Of a stretch of 64,000 nucleotides of DNA, positions 12,100 through 25,200 are shown one piece after another. The stretch covers positions 103,106,001 through 103,170,000 of the forward strand of contig OZ296651.1 in assembly GCA_965655095.1 (NCBI GenBank). The letters are read 5' to 3'. A program made the translations under genes and the position numbers. The notes below the pieces were generated by a model. The model was not told the origin of the DNA. It did not search any database and saw nothing but the letters and a program-made list of their open reading frames with translations. Source of the DNA: Haplodiscus bocki. Taxonomy: Eukaryota. How positions within the stretch are numbered: position 1 is the stretch's first letter; every line of letters begins with the position of its first letter.

Positions 12100-15000
12100 G
12101 TTTTTGAAACGATTAAAAGAACAGATATGACACCGATATAAACCCAATCATGCACTTCGAATCAATCCGTCCGCATGATATGAAAGCATTTAAAACGAAT
12201 ACATGGCTAGAACGGCTCCAACAAAATACCGAGCGGGTACATGAAATAGACAAAGAAACGATGATAACAAGAATGTAAATAAAAGACAAAAACCTTTACA
12301 AAAAAGACTATAGGGAGAGATTTTTTATGGGCACTAGACCTGACCGCAGTGCAAAAAATGGCAACAGCAGAAATTAGTGCAAAAGTACACAAATTATTTT
12401 TTACTAGAAATTTTTACCGTATTTACAGCCAACTTCACACTATCACAGTTTATTTACTACAGTCGCGGAGAGTTATTAAGGGGACAACATCAAAAACGCG
12501 ACACAACGGACTAACATTGGAAAAACCGAGCAGATTAAACAAATTTAGCGGAATTAGAAACAAAATCCGCGTCGGTCAGAAGGCAAGAAAACTTGTCACA
12601 AAAACGACACAAAACTACAAAACATTTTTCACGACGAAAAGGACCTAAAGCTAAAACTGATAATGGACCGCATAAAACAAGGCACATAGGGTACAACAGA
12701 GGGAAAAAATTCCATGCCGAGAGTTGAAATGAAGAAGGATACTGCAATCCAGAAAACTAAAAAGCAACAAATCAAACATCAAAGTCCAGTCATATTTGCG
12801 GATCCCAAAACTCAACAACAGATCACAAGAGTCTGGCAATGCACGAAACCTTGAATAAATGCTGGGAAAAGAACCACTACGCAAACTTTTATCAGACAAA
12901 AGAAAAAAATCAAACGCGAAGACGAACCAAAAAATGAAACCGATGACAAGAACGACCCTTGTGATAAAGCTCATATTTCAATTGCAAAAAACTAACATTT
13001 GTATATAATCGATACTCCGAAATAAAAAGACAATAAATCAAATTGGTATCACATTCAAAATGACCGATCGCAGTTTTTCCAAAACCCTCAAATAAAACAG
13101 TGAATCTATCCCCGCTGACAAAATTGACAACGAAATTTTTACCTAATCAATAGGGAGGTGAACATTCACGGAAAGAAATTAGTAAGCAAAAATTCAGTAA
13201 AAACGGAGAGCTAAAACCAGTAACGATTTCAAACCGCTACGCTTGCACATCAGTTCTCAGACGAAAGTGGTTCGACGCACTGAATTTTGAACTACAGACT
13301 TATAAAATTGCCGCATTTCCCAGCTATAACTTATCACAAGACGACGAAAGACGGCAACTACCAGAAAAATATCAATCCAATACATCCAAGCAACTGAAGT
13401 TGTGACAGGGAAAAAATCAATGGAAACATGCATTCAACAAAAAATCAAAATGGCACCGAACCACCTCCAAGAAACAATAATAACAGAAACAAAAAAAATT
13501 CAAAAAAGTGCGCATGCAAAAACCATGAAATTAACCAAAAAGACGCTTTCAAATCAGCTGCAATGATTATGTTGAGATAGAACAAAAAAAAGGTCCATCA
13601 GAGAAAAACAACAATTGCTTGAAAAGGCGACCACAATTGTCGAAAATGATGAATCTTCACAGACCAAGAAACTGCAAAAGTCGAAGATGACAAAAAAAGA
13701 GCTGCGTATGTGCACAACTGGCACAGATTACGCATATGGACAGTTCGATCTAAATGAACAAACCAAAAAACATCCTGCTTCCAATTCATTTGAAAATAAA
13801 ACCTCGACTAAAATTTCCAGTAAAAAGTTGCCCACTCTAATTTTTTCAACACCGGGATCACCAAAAGACATGAGAGTCGTCTCATGTTGAACAAAACAAC
13901 AACACCTAGCTAAACTAGAAACAAAACTCAAAAACGTTTATGACAGTTACCACACAAAACGTCACAACACGAAAAATCATCAGAACGAATTAAGATGGAT
14001 TGGCCGCCAGCTATTGGAAGACAAAAAACGAAAACTGCCGTCACCGAAATTACGATGAAAAAATTATATGTTTTCTCAGGGCCTAAAAATTTTTACGGAA
14101 CCCACAAAAAAGTCGAAACAAACGAACGGATCAACGAAGCTGCAAAAGGCAAGCGCAGGATGGTTTGAAACGAAAATCGAGAAAACCATCTCGAAATTTC
14201 AAATTACAAACAACTATTCTCCAGCATTTAGCCCAATACTCGGCTGACCGAGAAGAAGTAAAAACCATTGACGCGGGTACCATGAACGTGAGAGGCATGC
14301 TCCGACAAAAATAAACAGACATAAACTTAAAACCAATTGCAATTACATGACAATGTCTGAACGCCACCGAGAAACGATACGCATTCGACGATAGGGAACT
14401 ATGGGTTTGTTTGGGAGTTGGAGCATAATAAAGAAAACATCCAGGGATGATCCGTAAGTTTTTGTACTATCAACGATCATTACAATCAATATCACAAAAA
14501 AATACGACTAACGCTAAACACGGTGGTTAGTTGAAATATTTTTTTTGATCAGCTTGTACAGCATAAGTTTGAAGATAAAGGTAATTGAACGAAATGTCCG
14601 AGCCGGCACGCGTCCACGAAAACGGACAATCATACGATGTTGGACGGAGAGAATACCTCGTCAATGCACTTAAAACATTGAAGTTGAGGTAGAGAAGGAA
14701 CTTGAAAAAAAGTGTACATACAAAACGAAGCAGTAGATACTAATAGCCGACTGGCGTCGCGCAAAGTGAAGGCCGTAGAGTGGGTCAATTTAAAACTTCA
14801 GCTCTCATAATTCAGTCGCCGTCGAGCAACATCAATAAACGGCCAGGAACAAAACCAATCCAATTATATTGAACAACAAGAACAATTATCAAAGGGGGGG
14901 CAGCTTAACGAATCATTAGAACAAATCGAAAGAAAAACGTTTCCCCAGCTTCAGAACGCTCAACAGAAAAACCAACCCTGATTGTTCAATCCGGATAGTT

Positions 15001-16950
15001 TTGACTGAAATGGAGGGTTACGGCAGTCACTAGAGGTCAAACCGCAGACTAGACGCAAAGGGAAGCAGACAAGTGATAAAAGCAGATGTCTAATTAATGC
15101 ACAAGACGAGGTGCGCAAACAGTGAGAATAACGACCGCAGTCAAATCCATCATCAGCGAATTATGAATTATGTCCACTTCAGCAGGAACGACAACTTGGA
15201 ACCAAACGTCGAGCCAGAATCGTCGATAAACACTCCTGAAGGACATTTTCGGTAGAAACAGCCAAAATTTAACGTTTCAAAAGCTCGATGATAGTGCAGA
15301 ACTTGCGAGTGACCAGGATAATTGCCCACCACGGACAATGACAGCGGAAGCGGGAGAAAAAAATCCCTGAGCAGAGAACCACTAAATGACTGACTTGAGT
15401 ACTTTAAAGAAAAAGATAGCATTGAACAAAAAGTTGATCACTACACAAAAAACCACGAGGCTAGGAATGACGCTTTAAATCCCAATGAGTACTTCAGGTT
15501 TCATGACCGCATCTCAAAAAGACAAAGAAGTAGTTCCAGCAGGTATGCAGGAATTGGTTAAGAAATCCTTTTTGGACACCCCTGGCAGCTGAAAAAGCTG
15601 CCTAAATCAAACATGTCCCTCGTCCAAGGTTTAGGGTACAAACCTATTAGCATAAGTTAAGACATGCACGGCCTGCAAAAAAGCCCTTGAGATTTCAAAA
15701 ACTTGGAAGATACAGCAGAACCAAACAAAGACTTACAGTTATACGTTACAAAAAAAATTTAGTGTGGTAGAGTTGGAAAAACCGCACAACTTTCACTTTC
15801 CGTTGATCAATTCAGAGAAGGGTTGTTAGCAAAAAATTTACAAGAAGGAGCCAAACAACAACGGTTATGAAGTTTTTGAAAACCCAATTCAACATACACC
15901 TTGTCCCAAAGACAAACAGAACCGACTACGGTACTGCCTTTGAAAGCAAGAAATGTACGGAATCCACCCAAAAGTTCAGGTTAAAACTAATTCCGAGGTC
16001 ACCGTATATACATTTTGCAACCGGCTGATCGACGATTCAAACCAAACTTTGAAAGGATTACCTGTGGCCAATCTGGAAGACGGCCTAAAAGTAGATGAAT
16101 TTGTCAAATGCGCATTAATGGTGATCAGATTCACTGGACGGAAATCACAAAAATTAACACCATACCAAACGTATTACGACAAAAATCATGAACAGTAATC
16201 ATGAACACATTGAGCATGGCTGCAACGTTACCATCAGAAAGAAAAAACATTTGTTTTACACAAAGTCCGACAAAAGTGACCCTGTTTGTCATGATAATGG
16301 AAACTTTGCCAACCACATCAAATTTGCAAAAAGAAGCAGAAACTGGAGCACCTATCAAAAACGAGGAAAGTTCTTAAGATTAAGAGAACAAGGTGGTCAA
16401 AAATACTCCCGAACTACTTCACCAAGAAAGATCCATTCGAGGGATTTTTCCTGATTAGAAATAAAACAATTTTGCAAAAAACGATATCGGACACAGACCA
16501 TACGGTGTTGACCAAAGAAAGCCATCGGGTACAAGATAATATGATTTCTAAACTATTACTGTTGACGTTACAGCCGCATCACAATTATGGGACCAAAAGA
16601 AAAAACAGAAGAGAGGCAAAAACGGAAAGTTCATACCAGTTACGAGGATGAAGTAGAAATGGTTACGCCAAGAATACACGGTCGAAACGCACCTGTGCAA
16701 AATCGTCAAGCCAGATAAGGGCATCATGATATTGACGCAGCCACTCTTCAATACCTCGGTCCAAAGAGGCCAATTGCGATAACGAAACACTAACCGAAGT
16801 AATATACTTTTAAAAAACACTCCACCGCAAACTAACACGGTAGCACAAAAAGAAAACAACGGGGATGCCAGTTTTTTGGTCCGTTTTCGAACGTCCAAGT
16901 TACTACGGGCTACACAAGATTGGTATTAAATTGAAACTGTCGTTTTTCAT
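12100..16950 (+). mobile_element. Heavily decayed Gypsy-like pol (RT/RNaseH traces, integrase) inside a MORN1 intron, antisense to the gene
   Basis: Integrase traces: VKTCTACK (HHCC finger, ~15660), EPNKDLQL, SVDQF, PKTNRTDYGTAFES, and NQTLKGLPVANLEDGL..CALMVIRFT..LTPYQ in ORF 15953-16198. RT-like traces around 13200-14200 are much weaker; boundaries approximate. Confidence 0.65.
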
Positions 16951-17175
16951 AGATTTTGCCAACAGAAAGGAGCCCCAACGAAACCCATGTGCCAAGTCTG
17001 AAACGGAAAAGGGAATTGTGATAGACGGTTGCTATCATACAAAATTTGAATCATGAATCAGTGTTTACTATTACGGTGCTCTGAAGATGAGAGTAAGACT
17101 TTTTTAATCAATCAAACCAAACATAACCGACAGATCACATTGATATGGATAGATTTTATGCTCGAAACCAAAGAT

Positions 17176-19295
17176 TGTAGATTTTTCAGGAATTTAATTT
17201 CGAACTCGATTAAACCGTAACACCACTGTTCACGAGACGGGGAACGTACCGAGATCTACAAAAAATTTTATAAACTCAAAAATCAATCAAAGGGAGATTC
17301 ACTTCCGGAAGCGGTGGGGTTCTTCTACAAAATTTATGCCTAACCCTATCAATTTCACCGTTCAAAAGAGAAAAGTTTCTCGTAGCTCTTGACTGTTAAT
17401 TAAATAAATGGAAAAAATTGATTGTTTGGCAGACAATTGGAATTAGCTCGGTCAGTTCCTCACAGACAAATTTTCTCAGTTAAAAGGTATACAGCAATAG
17501 ATAAATAACGGTTACCAGAACAATAATGAGAGACAGTATTACTGGTTCGTACTCACACGTCAAATAAAATCGAACAAATATTTGAATAAACACGTTAAAA
17601 CAGATGAAAGCGTCAATCAGTTTGGAGTAAATCACTACCACAACCTCACGTTGGTAGTCAGAAAGTTACTCAATCCTACTGGATTTCAATTGAACACCAA
17701 AACTACAACAAGAAACTATTAGACGGATAATTCTAGTCTCACTAGACGCTCGAACGAAGAACTAATCGAATCCAACAGTCCTGGACCGTTGAACAGTCCT
17801 TCTCAAAGGTAACGATTTCCCAACTTCAGTCCCGGAATAAGTTGAAGAAAAACAACAAACGGCTTTAGGAAAAGTAGCAACTGCCCGACAATTCAAATCA
17901 CTTCAGGGACGTTCCTTTCACCTGTGCCTCTCTTGGTTTTGTATTTGTACCGCTAGGGCTTTTTCTGGCCTCATTATTATTCATCCAGTTAATTGTATCC
18001 TTCAATATGCCAAATGACTTATCAATTAATCGCTGGTTAACCCGTTTTTCTCACTTCGGTACAATAATCATCATTTTTGATACTTTTCGGTGTTTTTTTC
18101 TCAGCTTACATCAGATACGAATATTTCGTTTTGATCAATTCCACTGACAAAACGGGGTTGTTAAAAATGATTAGGAAAAAACCTCTTCTTTTCCAACTGT
18201 TTATGTCACTATTGTGATAGACAAACTCTTCTGTTTGATTTTCTAGCTATTTGGTTTGTCGCGCGCAATCACGCAATTCCAAAAAGAGTGGTTAAAATGT
18301 TTTTGCCTAACCATTCCCATCATAACATCCATGCAAAAATAGCTGTCCGAAAAGGTGTATTTTTTGTCTAACTTTCAAAAAGTAATTGTGTCTGTGATAA
18401 AGATAGGAAGTATAGAATAGAGCACATCAATACACGCAATTTTTATATTATCTTTTGGCAATGTTGACTTTGTTATACTTTTTTTCAAAAATCATGGTCG
18501 GAAAGAGCGAGTTTTTGCAACTAGTCAAAATTCCACAGCCAAAAGTTTGACTTTTGGTTACCTTGAGGGCACTTTTCTCAACGCATAATTTTTTCCTCGG
18601 GCAGCGGTGGCTATTTCCTGTTAGTAAATTTAAGCAAAAGTTTTTTTTGAAAAGATGAGCTCTCTATCTGGTCTCAACAAAAAGTTATTCACTTTCTCGC
18701 AAATGTTCCCGTTTTGGCCATTTTTGGCTACGTTGGTCCACTTTCAAAGTCAATTTCCTCAATGTACCGGCAAAACTGCAAAAATATCCGGTCAGCGTCT
18801 TGGAGGCGGTTGTTAGAAACTTCGTGTCAAAATTTGAGCTCGCTATATTCAAAAAAATGCGGGGGGTTAGCAGTTTTGGAAGTCAACACTTTCCAAAAAC
18901 CTTGATTTTAGCTAGTAGTAATCTTGTTGGGCGGGCATTTTTAGCTGGCTACGCTTGTTTTCTTGTTTATTTTTATTCTTTCTAAGAGAAAGTTTTCCAT
19001 TGCTAGTAATGCAGTTCTTTTCTATTGGCTATTCATTGACTAATAAGCGAAAAACTGCGCTTTTTGATAATTTTAGGCTAATTTGGGCGTTTTTTGGCCT
19101 TTTTTCCTGAGTTCTCCAAAATGAGTGAACATGATCATTTCATTTTTCTGCTGTTGTTCTTATTCCAACGTAGTGTTCATTTAGTTCAGTATTCATTTTT
19201 CAAGTATCACCCTCATTGCTAATTTTCGCACAATTCACGTGCACTAACACAGCAAAAACAGTATTGCAAAAATAGCAAATATGATTAATTTGGAA
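17176..19295 (-). mobile_element. Truncated, internally deleted copy of a long LTR, inverted relative to 22204-25218
   Basis: Collinear reverse-complement homology to 22340-25218 (e.g. 17851-17900 vs 24500-24550 nearly identical); ends ...CTACA at 17176; lacks the segment matching ~22480-23230. Confidence 0.75.
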
Positions 19296-19699
19296 TCTTA
19301 ACGTAAAATCTGTTTTCCTTCCATCTTTGGAACACTTAGTTTAAATGTTTCGGAGCTTATGGAAAGCATTTTTCGTCCGGTCCCAATTAATCCTGTCAAT
19401 ATTGAACCTTCAAATATTAATGAAAACTGGCCCCGTTTAAAAGTTGTTTCCGATGTTAATTTTGCTGTAAACTCTCCGCTCGTCCCGTGTATGTTGTCTA
19501 GTGTTAACGTAGAACCTACGGGTGTATAAACTGTTTTGTGACCATCCCAATTTATCTTGAGATCACTCCATCGAAACCGATATGGATTTTCGCCACTGTT
19601 AATCCCTCTTTTCCTTCAATGATCAAGTCGTTACCAGTTGTATGAAATTAATAATAAAAAGACCGTGGTTCACTTTCGCTCATACGGAAATCAGCGGTG

Positions 19700-20250
19700 G
19701 CGCTTCTTTCGCTTTATTAAACAAAAGAATCAAAATTTGGTGTGCTTCTACTTCATCCACTGGTACCCACTTCTTCGAACGCTGTTGTCACTCCCCTGAA
19801 GGCTTAATAGAATTAATGCAGCGTGGTCCCCGTGAATGTGAGACGCGTTGTTTACAGTTTACTTTTCAACGTCCGGCGGTTTGGTTTTTATTCCACATTT
19901 TCTCGCTCATGGCGTACTAACTTTGGACACAGGTTCACCAACGATATTATCCGGATGGGACGCTGCTACAAATCAAAAATTTATATTTTCAAACTTTGGA
20001 TGAGTATACTTTCGGTGTGCGTTGGCGCGAACGTTTGGGTAAAAAAAGTTTATCACCATTAAGAGAATGGGTATTTTTTCCCACAACAGGCCCTCAAGCA
20101 AGTAAGGAAAGGTTAAGAAAACATTGGCATTGTTGGGAAAAAGATAATCCCGACTTATTAAACACGTTATCTATCGGGGGGCCTGTCACTAACAAAAAGA
20201 TAAATCGACGTCGGCCTGTTCACACAAAGGAATTTTGCTCTGCACCTTCG
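19700..20250 (+). mobile_element. Possible decayed Penelope-like retroelement (RT C-terminal region)
   Basis: TGTHFFERCCHSP...LFHIFSLMAY and FFPTTGPQASKERLRKHWHCWEKDNPDL resemble, in order, the PLE patterns TD..SYL..S.HP, L...F..RGY and I.KHWH.L..DP.L. Confidence 0.35.
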
Positions 20251-20780
20251 TCCTAATCATCACATACAGGTTATCGTAAACATTATTATTTCTCTTTATA
20301 TTCCTCCTCTCACTATCAACGTGAGCAAATATTAAAATTAAAGTAGCGTATAATAGGTAATGGATAATCGTCAGATTAAATACCAGTTTTAAATTGTTTT
20401 GAGTGGTAATGTCATAATACGCTTTCTCAAAAAAATTTTTTATTTTCAAATTTTTCGTTTATTAGGAATCCCACAAAGATTACATTCTGATTTTGATTCT
20501 AATTAAGTACCCTATCTTCAAATATTTACGGGAACGCAATAAATTATTTCTTGGCACTCACAGTTTTTCCTGCGTGGCACTTAGCTGTACTAGAGAATGC
20601 AGCAAGTCGAAAACTGTTAAAATGTTCTAATGATTCACACTGTTTCTTTTTGAAATCATAGTTCAAGAAGTTGTTCATTAGTCGAAAGAAACCCCGTATA
20701 CCTTCACAGTCTTTTATTTGTCCTTAAAGCCTGTTGTTTTCAATCAGCTGTTTGGTAAATGATTTCCACGAAGCATTCTG
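20250..20780 (-). mobile_element. Possible decayed LINE RT 3' fragment
   Basis: Minus strand KYLKIG followed by LKLVFNLTIIHYLLYATLI, like the post-RT KYLG / L..LY.S.I...L.Y motifs also seen in the LINE at 55400-55600. Confidence 0.3.
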
Positions 20781-20867
20781 TCATACCTTGCATGATTCTT
20801 GAAGAATTATAAATTGGAAAATATTTTAGAAAGATAATTTTCATCAACTATTGTTTCCTCCTCTCAC

Positions 20868-21475
20868 CTGTAAGTATCTTCTGGTTCCTGAGTAGTATTC
20901 CAATCAGCTAAGTCACAGGCTTTGACAAACTTTTTGAAACTTGCAATCGGAAACACAACCGAAGTCGAAGGGTGCGTCCTCGTTGGCATAGCTTGCAATT
21001 TACTCATCGTCTCTGCATACCCACGTGAATTAGACTTCGTTGCTAAAAAACTTTCCAATTTCTCCAGACTGTACCAGCAGGAAAAACTCAATTTGAATCC
21101 AGTCGTCCCTTTAACTGGTTTTTCATTTTGGTCAACAAAGCTGACCCTAACGTCAAAAGGGTGGCCCCTGGGAACGTTAAAATTGTTTGACGAGTTTATC
21201 TCAATTTTTAGTCTCGTTGGAATTTGGAGCGGTTTTCCTTTCTCGAAAACGGATTCCATGGTAAACCCATCAACTGAGAACTTTCCCTTTCCGTGGAAAA
21301 GGTTTTCCTTCCATTCGCCTGTGTAAGAAGCGGCACTTTTGTACTTTTTGCCATCGTAGATCTGGGTTCCAGATCCCTCGCGTCGATTCTGGCAGAAATC
21401 TCCCTTGTAGATTCCAAATTCGTCCTCTAAAGTTCCGACTCCATGGCGTTTGTTGGCATGAAATTGTCCAGTGTA
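20868..21475 (-). CDS. MORN1: MORN1-like internal exon (MORN repeats plus post-repeat domain)
   Basis: TTTTTAG|TAC acceptor and AG|GTGAG donor; 608 nt, phase 0 to 2. Reads YTGQFHANKRHGVG..YKGDFCQNRREGSG..YTGEWKENLFHGKG then GKPLQIPTRLKI..VPRGHPFDVRVSFVD. Confidence 0.88.
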
Positions 21476-22203
21476 CTAAAAACAGGTTTTGGTGAGTTTT
21501 TTGTTGAGAAATTTAATGCAGTTTCTCAAATCATAAAATGTTAACTTAACATTAAAAAGAAAAAAAAAGAAAAACAAGCCCGGATTAAGTGAAGTCGGCG
21601 CTCAAAAAATGTTAAGACTTCGAGCTCAACCACGTGCTTGAAATTATATTGAATTTTCATGTTTATAAATGTGGAATAGAGGGCTTTTTTCTTTTTTTTC
21701 CCCTACACAATATTTCAAAACATGTTTTTCAATTTAATTTCCATAATAATGGATTTTCCGGCAATACTTTAATTTTCTGCCCATATTTAGCAGGTATTGC
21801 GGGAAAATCATCCCCCGGGTTGACAACCGTGGTCAAACATGACAATCATTGTAGGTATTCCATGCAGGAGTGCTATGCATTATCATGGCTATTTCATGAC
21901 ATGTTCTTGATGCTTGTCCTGAATGATACCATGATCATGTTTTGATGACCATGTTCAATATTATAAAGTAGTCCGGACGCTAATAATTCAACCAACTTTA
22001 ATCATTAGTCTCCAGTTTCTGTTCCGCTGTTATTGAGAAGTTTGTTTCTCGAAAGAGTCTTAAAATCAAATGTTTCAGAGGAGATCCAAAGCTACAAAAA
22101 GGCACCAAAAAAGTTTTCGATGTTTTTCATGTATGTCGAGATTTTTGGCGCGAACTTCAAAAAAATGGTCAAATGCATGTATAAAGTGAGGCATCATAAT
22201 ATC

Positions 22204-25200
22204 TGTGGGATTTGTAGTACGCATTTTTTTTCCTTTGAAATTATTTTAACCTTGATCTATATTATGCACCTTCCATGTGCGATTTAAAGTTACGTATTTA
22301 ATAGCTGAAAATAGGTTGATGGTCAGAAATTAGGATATAAGTCAATCATATTTGCCATTTTTGCAATATTGAAATTTGCTGTGTCAATGCACGTGAATTG
22401 AGTGAAATTTAGCAGTGAGAATGATACGTGAAAAGTGAATATTGAACTGAATAAGCACTGCGTTGGAATGTGAACAAGCCGCGGAGCAAGTATTAGTTAT
22501 TTTAGAACGACCTTGTCACGTGTATTAACAAAGCAAAGCAACAGCAGCATAAAAAATAAAATTTGGTCTAATTCGAACCCCAACTTTGACGTCCATTTTC
22601 TCGAAGACTATTATAGATAGAGCAAAACGGTTTTGACCAATGAAAACTACATTCCAAGACAAACAAGTTGGGTGATTTTCACCGCCTTCTGAAAATCAAA
22701 AGTTGCCGAAAAATTAAAACGAAAATTATTACGTTCCGGAAATGGTAAAATCGCGAATTCACAGTTCAGTTGCAACTTTAGAAGCGCATAAAAGTGAAAG
22801 CGGAGTGGAAACAAAGTGTTATGAATACAAAAAGAATACAATAGGAGTGCTTTTGGAGTGAATTCTGACCACGCACATGGCCGCCACCACACCACGTATT
22901 AGCATATTTACGCTCTCGCGGCTCAAAATTAGACGTGTTTTTTTAATGTTCCCCAATGTTTGCTCGCTTATTTCTCAAAGATGAAAAAAATATCGACAAA
23001 CGGTTTTCACGATTGTAAACTACATCCATAGGAAAGCTTAAGTTTGGAATATGAGCAAAATCGGACGAATTTAAGATATTGAAAAATTGTAGTAAACAGA
23101 AAGTGCACTCCAGAAATGGCCAAATTGACTTCAGTTAAAAATTTATTCTGAGCGAACCACGCATCAGAAATGGCTCGTATTAGTCTTAAACGGAAGATAT
23201 TTAAATGGACTAATGTCCCTGAAAAGACGAATTGATTATATTCAGTCATTTTGGAGAACTGAGTAAGAAATCGCCAAAAAACGCCCAAAATAGCCTAAAA
23301 TCGTCAAAAATCGCAGTTTTCCGATTATTAGTTAACGAATATTCAATAGAAATCGACCATATTAACAGCGATTGAAAGCTTTTTATTAGGAGGAATGGAA
23401 AAAAACAAGAGAACAAGCGCAGCAAGCTACAAATGGCCGCCCCACAAAATTGCAACTAGCTAAATTCACGGATTTTGGAAAATGTCGACTTGCAAAACGG
23501 CTACCCCCCCCGCAGGCTAGCAGAGATAGAAGGCCCAAAATTTAACACAATAACACAATGTTTCTAACAACCTCCCCCAGGAAATTGACCGAGGATTTTT
23601 CGAAATTTTGCCTGTACGTTGAGAAAATTGACTTTGAACGTGGACCCAGGTAGTCAAAAATGGCCAAAATCAGTACTTTTGCGGAAAACTAAATAACTTT
23701 TTTTTGAGACTAGCTAGAGAGCTCGTCTTTTCGTTAAAATATTTTTATTTGAAAGTACTAACAGGAAAATGCCACCCTCGCCCTGGGAAAAATTTAAACG
23801 TTGAGAAAAATGACCTCAAAGTGACCAAAACTCGATTTTTCGGACAAGGACTTTCGAGTACTTTCAGAAAATCGCATTTTTCGACCAAGAATTTTGAAAA
23901 TAACTATAACAAAGTATACATTGCCAAAAACTATGTTAAATACAGCGTGTAATGATGTGCTCATTTTATATTTATGACGTTTACGATAGACACAATTAAT
24001 TATTGAATTTTAGACAAAAATTACGTCTTTTTTCGGACATTTCTTTTTGCATGGATATTATGATGGCAATGGTCAGGGAAGATATTTTAACCATTTATTT
24101 TGGAAGTACTTGGTCACGCGCGACAAATAGAAAAGCTGACACATCAACCGAAAGAGGTTGTCAATCAAAATGGTGACAGAAAGGAATGGAAACGAAGAGC
24201 TATTTTTTTACTCATTTTGTTCCACCCCCGTTTTGCCAGTGGATACGACGAAAATCAATTAATCATAACTGATGTAAGCAAAAAAAATAAACACCGAGTA
24301 GTACCAAAACTGATGAATACCGTACCGAAGTGAAATAAACGAATTAACTAGCGAAAAATTGATAAGTCATTTTACGAATTATTGGATACGATTGACCGGA
24401 TGAATAATAACAAGGCCGAAAATAGCCCTAGCGGTAAAAATACGAAACCAAGAGTGCCGTAAGCGAACGGAGCGTCCTTAAACGCTGCCAAAAGAAAGTG
24501 AGTTGAATTGTCGGGCAGTTGCTACTTTTCCTAAAGCCGTTTGTTGTTTTCTTCGACTTAGTCGAGGACTGAAGTTGGGAAATCGTTATTTTGAGAAGTA
24601 TTGTTGAACAGTCCGGGACTGTTAGATTCGATTAGTTCATCACTCGAAAATCTAGTGAGACTTGAAATTCTTCGTTTATTAATTGTTGAGTTGTGGTTTT
24701 GGTGTTCGATCCAATTCCGGTATAAGTGAGAGATTTACTGACTATCAACGGAAAGTTATAGTAATAAATGGTCTCCAAATTACTCGTTGCTATTAATTGA
24801 TTAAAACGTATTTATTGAGATATTTAAATTGATATTATTAGATGTGCGAGTCTGAACCAGTAATATTATCTGCGGTTATTGTGTTTTTGACAGTTATTAT
24901 CTTATTATTAGTGTATTTATTGACGGAGAAAATTTGTCTGTGAGAAAATAATTCAAGTTCGTTGCCAGACACTAAAATTTCTTCAATTTACGTAACCAAC
25001 AGTCAAAGAGCTACGAGACATCCCTCTCAATTGAACGGTAGAAATTACAGCGTTAGGCATATACTTTGCAGAAGAACCCCACCGCCTCCGCAGTTGAATC
25101 TCCCTTTGATTAATTTTGGAGTTATAAATATTTTGTGGATCTCGGCCCGTCCCCCGTCTCGTGGACAGTGGTACTACGGTTTAATCGAGTTGGAAGTTAT

